Both the position numbers and the translations under genes were made by a program. From an uncultured Bacteroidales bacterium (lineage in GTDB: Bacteria; Bacteroidota; Bacteroidia; Bacteroidales; CAIWKO01), in NCBI GenBank assembly GCA_964585485.1, contig CAZPDS010000001.1, positions 19,177 to 83,176 of the forward strand: a DNA stretch of 64,000 nt. Reading direction: 5' to 3'. Numbering within the stretch: position 1 is the stretch's first letter; the number at the start of each line of letters is the position of its first letter. The notes under the pieces were generated by a model, which made no database searches, was not told the DNA's origin, and worked only from the letters and a program-made list of their open reading frames with translations. Shown in pieces: positions 9,420-17,236 of the stretch.

Positions 9420-10442
9420 ATGAAAGAACAGATTGAACGGATCGGTGCCGAGGTAAAAGCCTTTACGGCCAGCACGGCCGCCGAGTTGGAGCAGTTTCGG
9501 ATCAAATTATTGGGGAAAAACGGCAGTCTCACGTCGCTTTTCGCTGAATTTAAGAATGTGGCTCCGGAACAAAAAAAGGAAGTTGGGCGCCTGCTCAATG
9601 AACTCAAAAACACGGTACAGGAGCGACTGGATCACTTCCGCGAAAGCATGCAAGCGCAGCCCACGGAAAAGAATGATCAGATCGACCTCAGCCTTCCTTG
9701 CCTGCACCAGCCGGCCGGAACCCGCCATCCAATTTCACTGGTTCGCAGCGAAATCATCCGTCTTTTTTCGAATATTGGCTACACTGTAGCCGAAGGTCCT
9801 GAAATTGAAGATGATTTCCATAATTTCTCGGCATTGAATTTTCCACCGGAACATCCGGCGCGGGATATGCAGGACACCTTTTTCATAGAGCAAAATCCTG
9901 ATATAGCGCTCCGTACACATACCTCGTCGGTTCAGGTCCGCATCATGGAAAACAATCAGCCCCCGATTCGGATAATAGCACCCGGACGGGTTTACCGTAA
10001 CGAAGCGATTTCGTCGCGTGCACATTGCTTCTTCCATCAAATTGAAGGCTTGTACATTGACCGCAATGTTTCGTTTGCTGATCTCAAGCAAACCTTGCTG
10101 TATTTTGCCCAGGAGATGTTTGGTCAGGATACCAGCATACGCTTGCGGCCCTCCTATTTCCCCTTCACCGAGCCCTCGGCCGAAATGGATATTTCGTGTA
10201 AAATCTGTGGCGGATCCGGCTGTTCCATGTGTAAAAAAACAGGCTGGGTCGAAATCCTTGGCTGTGGAATGGTAGACCCCAATGTGCTGGAAAACTGTGG
10301 TATAGACAGTAAAGAGTATACCGGATTTGCCTTTGGAATGGGCGTAGAACGTATTACCAATCTCAAGTACCAGGTTAAAGATCTCCGCTGGTTTTCAGAG
10401 AATGATGTCCGCTTCCTGCGGCAGTTTGCGCCGGTTATTTAA
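9420..10442 (+). CDS. pheS: Phenylalanine--tRNA ligase alpha subunit
   Basis: 340 aa. Class II aaRS motifs (HPARDMQDTFF, RTHTSSVQVR, GFAFGMGVERI). Confidence 0.95.
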   Translation: MKEQIERIGAEVKAFTASTAAELEQFRIKLLGKNGSLTSLFAEFKNVAPEQKKEVGRLLNELKNTVQERLDHFRESMQAQPTEKNDQIDLSLPCLHQPAGTRHPISLVRSEIIRLFSNIGYTVAEGPEIEDDFHNFSALNFPPEHPARDMQDTFFIEQNPDIALRTHTSSVQVRIMENNQPPIRIIAPGRVYRNEAISSRAHCFFHQIEGLYIDRNVSFADLKQTLLYFAQEMFGQDTSIRLRPSYFPFTEPSAEMDISCKICGGSGCSMCKKTGWVEILGCGMVDPNVLENCGIDSKEYTGFAFGMGVERITNLKYQVKDLRWFSENDVRFLRQFAPVI

Positions 10443-13400
10443 GCTGTTTCCTCAGGCAGTTCGGGGGCTTGCGGCAACTCAAAACAAAACATAGCGCCTT
10501 CGCTTTCGCGTGAAACAAACCAGATGTGTCCGCCATGGCCTTCAATAATGTTTTTTACCATGGCCAGACCCAGGCCCATACCCTCCGATTTGGTGGAAAA
10601 ATTGGGGACGAAAATGCGTGATTTTTGAACCTCCGGAATGCCCGGTCCGTTGTCGGTAACGCACACCCGCACCCAGCCTGCATCGGCGCGAACGCTCACC
10701 TCTATCCGACCCTTCGGATCTCCATCAATGGCTTGCACCGAATTGGTCAGAAGGTTGACCATCACCCTGATCATCTGTTTATTATCCGCGAGAACAAAAA
10801 CGCCGTTTTCATGTGCGTCGCTGAAAACGATCGGTGTTGCCGATCCCGAAAAAGTGGTAATGGCAGTGTGAATACAAGCCACCAGATCAATGCGTTGAAG
10901 TTCCGATTTTGGCATTTTTGCAAAATCCGAAAAGGCGGTTGCAATGGCCGATAAGGAATCAATTTGCTCAATCAGTGTGCGTGAAAAACGCTGCAACTTC
11001 TCTTCCCAGCCCGGACTGTTTTCCTTCCAGGCTTTTTCGAGGTATTGAACACTCAGTTTCATCGGTGTTAGCGGATTCTTGATTTCATGAGCTACCTGCT
11101 TGGCCATTTCCCTCCAGGCGCTTTCCCGTTCCGATTTAGCGAGCAATTCAGCACTTAAGGCCAATTCATCTATCATGCGGTTGTATTCCATCACCAGGTT
11201 GCTGATTTCATCATCCTGACGGCTCCATTCAATTTTTTCGTTACGTCCCCCCAGACGCACCCGGCCGATTTTGGCCCGTATCACATTCAGTGGCCGGGTC
11301 ATGCGGCCCGCGATTATCAAGGCGATAACAATGGCAATGGCAATCAGAAAAACATAAATATTGATGAAGGTCATCATGAAGAGCGACAATTCTTGCTTCA
11401 GTTCATTTTCACGTGCAAAATACGGCAGGTTCAGATAGGCCCTTAACTGATTATCGTTGGTGTAAAATGGAAGGTAAGCCGAATAATATTCCAACCCCCC
11501 GATACGCTCCTGCTGAATAAAGATGGTTTTCTTGTTGAAATTTAATTCCTTATAGGCCTTAGGATTCATACAGGGCGAGAGTAAGCCTTCCTGAAAAATC
11601 TGCGGTCTGGAGGTAGAAACCAGCTTACCGCTCAGGTCGTAGAGATTTATATCGGTAAAAAAAACATTTGAAAACTTAACCAGCCACAGGGCCAGCATAT
11701 TCTCCACTTCCGGACTAATGGTATCGTAATCCGCCAGTTTCGATTGAAGCTCAATTTGTATAGATAAGGCCTTCTCGCTGAGATTATCACTATTCTTATT
11801 CTCATTCAAATTCCGAATGTAATAATTCATTGATATTCCAATCAAAACAAAGGATATCAATATGATAGCAATCATAGAAAGTTGCAGTCTGTTTTTAAAG
11901 TTCAAGCGTAACTGACTGATTTTAAACGGAAAGCGAACCACAAGAAAGAAAAGAAGTATGAAAAGGGCAAAAAACAGAAACAGTAGGGAAAAAGGGGCAA
12001 CACGGTCGAGTAGACTCTCTTCTTTCTTGCTGATTATAATGTTATTAAGCCTATTATCACGATAAAAGAGGTGATTGTATCCGGCCTTGGAATAAAAGCC
12101 CAGATTTCCGCAGGCCGTGTCGTCCGGCTCTTGGTTCATGCTGTAATAGAACTTTCCGTAACCATCGACCAGAGCGCCGTTGCGATAACGCGCATAGGAA
12201 TATTCCGACAGGTCGGTATTTAAAAAGATCTTTTTATCAATCAGGAGCTCAGGATAGCCTAAACCCTTGGGAATAAACTTGGAATAGAGCTCTATAAAAG
12301 CGGTCAGGGTTCGCGCAGAATCCCTGGGAAAGTCCAGCATACTTAAATAACTATTGCCGCCGGTACCATAGTTGAGCATAAACAGGGAGGGACAAGAGGT
12401 TTCACGCCCATAATTGCGCTGAATATCCTGAAAGTAATCGCCGCAACTAATATTTAAGAGGGCGGGGCGAATAAAAAGGCTGTCGGACTGATCACATAAG
12501 GTTATCTGAACCTGATACTTATCCCAGTAACCGCGGAAGTAGGTTCGCAGGATGTAGTCGACGACCCCGGCATCGCTGTTCTCGTATTGCTGAATTAAGG
12601 TCTGAAGTTGCGGGTCGAAATAAATGTCCTTTACAATTTTTTTGAACAAGTATTCAGCCACCGGATCCTGGCTGGCCGATAATTTCTGCGCCAGGGATTT
12701 TCGCTTCTCTTGTTCTTTGAAGTCGTTGCTATCGTTTAACACGAACGTACAAAGTGCCGAAAAGAAAATGATACTAAACAGCAATCGAGAAAACAGAAAA
12801 CGGTATCGTCCCCTTTCACGGAAATACCAAAACACAAACATAAATACCAAATAGCTTAATGTCACTATTATATCTTCCGGATTTTGTTGACGTTGGAAGA
12901 AATAAAACAAGAGCATAGCGGCGGCCGCGGGGACGAAAAAGTCAGGCTTAGTGGTTGAAAGGCTGGCCATTATGCTAATTAAACGAATCGTTACCAGCAC
13001 AAGCGCCAGCACCAACGCGGCCATGATTATAAAACCTAAAAGGCTGTAATAATTTAAATTAAAGACATTATTAACGGTATAAGGAATCACCGAATCCAGC
13101 ACCATACTACGGATCGTACGAAAGGAAAAAACGAAAAAGAGGCCCTGTGTAAAAACGAGTACCGCCACGATAAGCCCGTTCCAGGGTCTTTTGATCCCTT
13201 TGTATGCGCCGGGTGTAAAGCGGAAGTACTTATAGAAAACCCAGGAGAGAATCAACAGCAGCAAAACATTCACCATCAAGTCGCCAAAAGAGGGTAAAAG
13301 TTCGCTCGAAGCATAGTTTAGCGGGCTAAAAAGTAAGGAATGGTGCAGAAAAGCAGGCACCTTATAGACAAACATAAAGAATCGCAGGATCAGCACATCC

Positions 13401-14149
13401 AAAATAAATCCACCCACAAACAGCCAGGTATTCTTGTACACCAGAAAGAGCCGTCGATGTAGGTGAAATAAGGAGGCGATAAAAAAGAGGAGCCCGATAA
13501 AATAAATAATGAAAAGCACATTGGATTGAAGCGCATTCGTAGTGGGTTCCTGATCATAGAGGATGGAAAACAAGTGTTGATTTTCGGCCGAATGAATATT
13601 GTAGGCTCCTGGCTGCCGAACAATTTTATGATCACCCTGCAGGTCGAAATCGCATTGAAAAGCATTGACCAGGTAGTCATTTTCGAAGCGGTACTCATTT
13701 TTAAGTTCAATTAAACCTATGTACTCGACAGGAGGATTGTAAACCCTCAGCTGCCGGTACCATCCGTTTTCGAGTTTTATGAGCGCTTGTTTGCGAAAAG
13801 TAGAGTCGTTAAGTTGGGAAACCGGTACATTTTCGTCGGACCAATACTCCAGATTGTTATTCGCATAGATAAAAAGGAAGAGTCCGGATTCGGCACGACT
13901 GTCAAAAGCATCGCCGGCAAAAAGTGCCTTGCGGCCACCCGATTCAAAAATGCGGCGCGCTTGCGCCAGCATTTCCTGGAGTTGACTTTCTTTTTCTAGT
14001 AATCGATCCTGAAATTTTCGGGTTTGAAATTCATGATCGTTTTGTTTGATGAGATAGCTTTTGTTTAAAAAAATGGCCGCTACAATAAAAAGAGCAGCAA
14101 AGATTAAAAAGAGCAGGGCTTTGTTTTTGAAAAATAATTTCATGTTCAT
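10439..14149 (-). CDS. Very large multi-pass sensor histidine kinase (NtrY-like transmitter: HAMP-HisKA-HATPase)
   Basis: 1236 aa. H-box VAHEIKNPLTPM (His codon at 11087-11089), N-box LLTNSVQAI, G1 DNGPGIP, G2 GMGLGLAMV. The N-terminal ~950 aa contain many TM helices separating at least two to three extracytoplasmic segments. No response regulator is adjacent. Confidence 0.9.
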   Translation of the reverse strand: MNMKLFFKNKALLFLIFAALFIVAAIFLNKSYLIKQNDHEFQTRKFQDRLLEKESQLQEMLAQARRIFESGGRKALFAGDAFDSRAESGLFLFIYANNNLEYWSDENVPVSQLNDSTFRKQALIKLENGWYRQLRVYNPPVEYIGLIELKNEYRFENDYLVNAFQCDFDLQGDHKIVRQPGAYNIHSAENQHLFSILYDQEPTTNALQSNVLFIIYFIGLLFFIASLFHLHRRLFLVYKNTWLFVGGFILDVLILRFFMFVYKVPAFLHHSLLFSPLNYASSELLPSFGDLMVNVLLLLILSWVFYKYFRFTPGAYKGIKRPWNGLIVAVLVFTQGLFFVFSFRTIRSMVLDSVIPYTVNNVFNLNYYSLLGFIIMAALVLALVLVTIRLISIMASLSTTKPDFFVPAAAAMLLFYFFQRQQNPEDIIVTLSYLVFMFVFWYFRERGRYRFLFSRLLFSIIFFSALCTFVLNDSNDFKEQEKRKSLAQKLSASQDPVAEYLFKKIVKDIYFDPQLQTLIQQYENSDAGVVDYILRTYFRGYWDKYQVQITLCDQSDSLFIRPALLNISCGDYFQDIQRNYGRETSCPSLFMLNYGTGGNSYLSMLDFPRDSARTLTAFIELYSKFIPKGLGYPELLIDKKIFLNTDLSEYSYARYRNGALVDGYGKFYYSMNQEPDDTACGNLGFYSKAGYNHLFYRDNRLNNIIISKKEESLLDRVAPFSLLFLFFALFILLFFLVVRFPFKISQLRLNFKNRLQLSMIAIILISFVLIGISMNYYIRNLNENKNSDNLSEKALSIQIELQSKLADYDTISPEVENMLALWLVKFSNVFFTDINLYDLSGKLVSTSRPQIFQEGLLSPCMNPKAYKELNFNKKTIFIQQERIGGLEYYSAYLPFYTNDNQLRAYLNLPYFARENELKQELSLFMMTFINIYVFLIAIAIVIALIIAGRMTRPLNVIRAKIGRVRLGGRNEKIEWSRQDDEISNLVMEYNRMIDELALSAELLAKSERESAWREMAKQVAHEIKNPLTPMKLSVQYLEKAWKENSPGWEEKLQRFSRTLIEQIDSLSAIATAFSDFAKMPKSELQRIDLVACIHTAITTFSGSATPIVFSDAHENGVFVLADNKQMIRVMVNLLTNSVQAIDGDPKGRIEVSVRADAGWVRVCVTDNGPGIPEVQKSRIFVPNFSTKSEGMGLGLAMVKNIIEGHGGHIWFVSRESEGAMFCFELPQAPELPEETA

Positions 14150-14171
14150 GCTTCCCTCAGAAATAGTAACT

Positions 14172-14179
14172 CAAATGTA
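14172..14179 (-). promoter_or_regulatory. Candidate -7 promoter box TACATTTG upstream of the histidine kinase
   Basis: The reverse strand reads TTGACCCAAAAAATTAATACATTTG. The TAnnTTTG box ends about 22 nt upstream of the ATG (14149), with a TTG upstream. Confidence 0.45.
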
Positions 14180-14421
14180 TTAATTTTTTGGGTCAATTTT
14201 CGGGGATGAACAAAATAAGCTCAAGCGAAGCCGACCCTTCGTTCGTTTCAAAAAGAAGAAAAAAGGCGGAAGAAAGATTCAGGCGGCTGACAGAATTTTT
14301 CGGATTTTCAAAAAAATTTTCAAAACGGTCCGAAAATCGGCTTTTTAAGATGCGATTTGCCGCAACTTCTCAAAAAAAACGACCCAACATTCCGCAAAAG
14401 GGCTTTTTCGCGTTAAATCGC

Positions 14422-15318
14422 TTAAAAATCGGTCTTTTTCTTTCGAAGGAGGTAAATCAGGCTCGAAAAATTGTTTTCGTGCCTTTTCGCATAACGGTTC
14501 GACGTCCACCCAATTTTTAAGGCTTTGAGGTAAGACATTTTTCCGGTTTTGTATTTTTCGCTCATCAGGCTGATATAATACGCATCGAATTTCATCGGAC
14601 GAATACCGACAAGTTCAAAATTTACATTTGTAAAAAACGAAGTGGCGACTTTTTGTTCAAAATGTAATAGATGCCTGGGCACATCATACCCGGCCCAAAA
14701 TTTTCCGTAATGGGTCGCATCATAAGAAGCGGGATTTGGAATGGCCACCACCAGCAAACCATCATCTTTTAATAAACTGTTCAGTACGCGAAGTCGCTCC
14801 ACCGGATAAGGGACATGCTCGAGAACGTGCCAGAGGGTGATAACATCAAAACTTTGGGGGAGAAGGGTCGTCAGTTCTTTTTCATCGAAAACCGACAAGC
14901 CTTCTTTCTCGACAGCCATTTTTCTGGCCTGGGCATCGGGTTCAATGCCGGTTCCGTCCCACCCTCTTTTTTTAAAGTAGGATAAAAAGCCGCCGGTGGC
15001 GCAACCCACATCCAGAATTTTATTTCCCCGGCTCAGGTGAGAAATCAACTTAAACTTTTGTGAAAAATTGTATTTTCGAACCAGGTGATAGATTCTGAAG
15101 ATAAGTCCACGTTTTGTGTTGGAATGAGAAACATAATCCTCCGACTTATAATAGGCGCCCAGGTTTTCGGGTTCGGGGCGCGGATTGGTAAATATCATTC
15201 CACAGGCTAAACACTTGCTGAGGGTAAAAACTTCTCCGCTCAGGAAGTAGTCTGGAACTTCCATGAAAGTCGAAAATCGTGTTTCGTTACAAAGGGGGCA
15301 ATGATCTGTTTTTTCCAT
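14422..15318 (-). CDS. Class I SAM-dependent methyltransferase with N-terminal Cys4 zinc ribbon
   Basis: 298 aa. CPLCNE...CLACG zinc ribbon, SAM motif I ILDVGCATGGFL, and VITLWHVLEHV. Confidence 0.85.
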   Translation of the reverse strand: MEKTDHCPLCNETRFSTFMEVPDYFLSGEVFTLSKCLACGMIFTNPRPEPENLGAYYKSEDYVSHSNTKRGLIFRIYHLVRKYNFSQKFKLISHLSRGNKILDVGCATGGFLSYFKKRGWDGTGIEPDAQARKMAVEKEGLSVFDEKELTTLLPQSFDVITLWHVLEHVPYPVERLRVLNSLLKDDGLLVVAIPNPASYDATHYGKFWAGYDVPRHLLHFEQKVATSFFTNVNFELVGIRPMKFDAYYISLMSEKYKTGKMSYLKALKIGWTSNRYAKRHENNFSSLIYLLRKKKTDF

Positions 15319-15328
15319 TTTTTTATAT

Positions 15329-15342
15329 GTTCCACGTGAAAC
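15329..15342 (-). repeat. 14-nt CACGTG-centred hairpin element, copy 1 (mnmG stop / methyltransferase start spacer)
   Basis: Minus strand reads GTTTCACGTGGAAC. It forms a 5-bp stem (one U-G wobble) with an ACGU loop in the sense transcript. It sits inside the 25-nt spacer 15319-15343. Confidence 0.6.
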
Positions 15343-15343
15343 T

Positions 15344-17221
15344 TTAGCGTCCGAGATGCACCAGTAAAACAGAAATATCCGAGGGGCTCACGCCTGCAAT
15401 CCGGCTCGCCTGACCAATGGTTCGCGGCCGGATCCGGCTGAGTTTTTCGCGGGCTTCCAGGGAGAGCGACTGCAGGGAATGATAGGCAAAATTTTCCTGT
15501 AACACTATGTCTTCCAGGCGCTCCAGCTTATCTGCAATTTCCTTTTCCTTTTCAATATAGCTCCTGTACTTGAGCTGGATTTCCGCTTCCGCGATAACCT
15601 CCTGATTTACGCCCGGGATTTGGCTTAAATCTGTTTGTAAACCAGGCAGAAAAGCAATCAAATCGTTCAGGCCCACCTGCGGTCGCAGCAAAATATTTTC
15701 CAAACGTGTTTTATGCGCCACACCCGGGGTATCTCTGGCCTCCAAAAAGGGATTTATTTCATCCGCCTGAATCATACTGCTTGTCAATAGCTGCGTAATT
15801 TTTTCGACAGCCTCGTACTTCTCTGTGCTAACATGTAAGCGTTGCTCACTCGCCAAACCCAGTTCGTAGCCTTTTTTGGTAAGGCGTAAATCGGCATTAT
15901 CCTGACGCAACAATATTCGATATTCGGCCCGGGAGGTGAACATACGATACGGTTCATTTACCTCTTTGGTGATCAGGTCGTCAATTAAAACACCGATATA
16001 GGCCTCGCTGCGTTTCAACACAAAAGGTGGCTTATTATTCACTTTCAGGTGAGCATTAATGCCCGCCATCAAGCCCTGTCCGGCGGCTTCCTCATAGCCC
16101 GTTGTCCCGTTGATCTGGCCCGCGAAGAAAAGGTTCTCCACGAGTTTGGTTTCGAGGTTATTTTTAATTTGATCGGGCGGAAAATAATCATATTCGATGG
16201 CATAACCCGGCCTGAAAATACGGGCCTTTTCGAAGCCCTCCACGCTTCGAAGGGCCTCTTCCTGAATTTGCTCAGGCAAGGAGGAAGAGAAGCCGTTGAT
16301 GTAGTATTCTACCGTGTCGAGTCCTTCGGGTTCGACAAATAATTGATGACGATCGCGCTGGGAAAATCGTTCAATCTTATCTTCAATGGAGGGGCAATAC
16401 CGCGGACCAACGCCCTGAATTCGCCCCTGAAACATGGGTGAAAACGCAAAGCCTTTTCGCAAAATATCATGCACTTTTTCGCTGGTATAGGCCAGCCAGC
16501 AACTCCGTTCCGGAAGCCTTTCACCGGCCTCCAGAAACGAAAAACGACCTCCTTCCTCATCGGCTTTTTGTTCGATAAGTTTGGAGAAATCGATGGAACG
16601 ACCATCCACCCGAACGGGCGTTCCCGTCTTCATTCGATCATAGGTAAAGCCTAATTTTTGAAGATTTGCCGTTAAATTGGGGGCCGAAAAATCCCCCATA
16701 CGGCCCCCTTCAAACTTCACTTCCCCAATATGGATCAGACCGTTTAAAAAGGTCCCCGAAGTTAAAATAACCGCCTTACTGTTCACTTCCCTACCCATCC
16801 GTGTGCGAATGCCCCGCAACTGTCCGCCCTTAATCACCAGCTCATCCACCCTATCCTGCATAAAATCTATGTTGGGATTTGCTTCGAGCAGCCGTCGCCA
16901 TTCCATACTAAAGCGAACGCGGTCGTTTTGGGCACGCGGGCTCCACATGGCCGGTCCTTTAGACCGGTTCAGCATACGGAACTGTATCATACTTCGGTCG
17001 GTCACAATGCCGCTTAATCCGCCCAGGGCATCGATTTCCCGGACTATTTGGCCCTTGGCAATGCCGCCCATCGAGGGGTTGCACGACATCTGACCAAACT
17101 GGTTCATGTTGAGTGTTACCAGCAGCACCGAAGAGCCCATAGTAGCCGCTGCCGCTGCCGCTTCACATCCGGCGTGACCGCCTCCTATAACGATAATATC
17201 ATACTGCTTTTGCATACTCAT
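15344..17221 (-). CDS. mnmG: tRNA uridine 5-carboxymethylaminomethyl modification enzyme MnmG (GidA)
   Basis: 625 aa. FAD motif YDIIVIGGGHAGCEAA; a long sequence clearly of the MnmG type throughout. Confidence 0.97.
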   Translation of the reverse strand: MSMQKQYDIIVIGGGHAGCEAAAAAATMGSSVLLVTLNMNQFGQMSCNPSMGGIAKGQIVREIDALGGLSGIVTDRSMIQFRMLNRSKGPAMWSPRAQNDRVRFSMEWRRLLEANPNIDFMQDRVDELVIKGGQLRGIRTRMGREVNSKAVILTSGTFLNGLIHIGEVKFEGGRMGDFSAPNLTANLQKLGFTYDRMKTGTPVRVDGRSIDFSKLIEQKADEEGGRFSFLEAGERLPERSCWLAYTSEKVHDILRKGFAFSPMFQGRIQGVGPRYCPSIEDKIERFSQRDRHQLFVEPEGLDTVEYYINGFSSSLPEQIQEEALRSVEGFEKARIFRPGYAIEYDYFPPDQIKNNLETKLVENLFFAGQINGTTGYEEAAGQGLMAGINAHLKVNNKPPFVLKRSEAYIGVLIDDLITKEVNEPYRMFTSRAEYRILLRQDNADLRLTKKGYELGLASEQRLHVSTEKYEAVEKITQLLTSSMIQADEINPFLEARDTPGVAHKTRLENILLRPQVGLNDLIAFLPGLQTDLSQIPGVNQEVIAEAEIQLKYRSYIEKEKEIADKLERLEDIVLQENFAYHSLQSLSLEAREKLSRIRPRTIGQASRIAGVSPSDISVLLVHLGR

Positions 17222-17222
17222 T

Positions 17223-17236
17223 GTTCCACGTGGAAC
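17223..17236 (-). repeat. 14-nt CACGTG-centred hairpin element, copy 2 (GT-C-like gene stop / mnmG start spacer)
   Basis: Perfect palindrome GTTCCACGTGGAAC. It fills the 14-nt spacer, overlaps the upstream TAG stop by 1 nt, and ends 1 nt before the mnmG ATG. Confidence 0.6.

Noticed and set aside
14188-14520. 110-aa basic ORF starting with TTG
   Set aside because: It has K/R/F-rich low complexity, overlaps the methyltransferase 3' end antisense by ~100 nt, and lies in an A/T-run-rich spacer. Judged non-coding.
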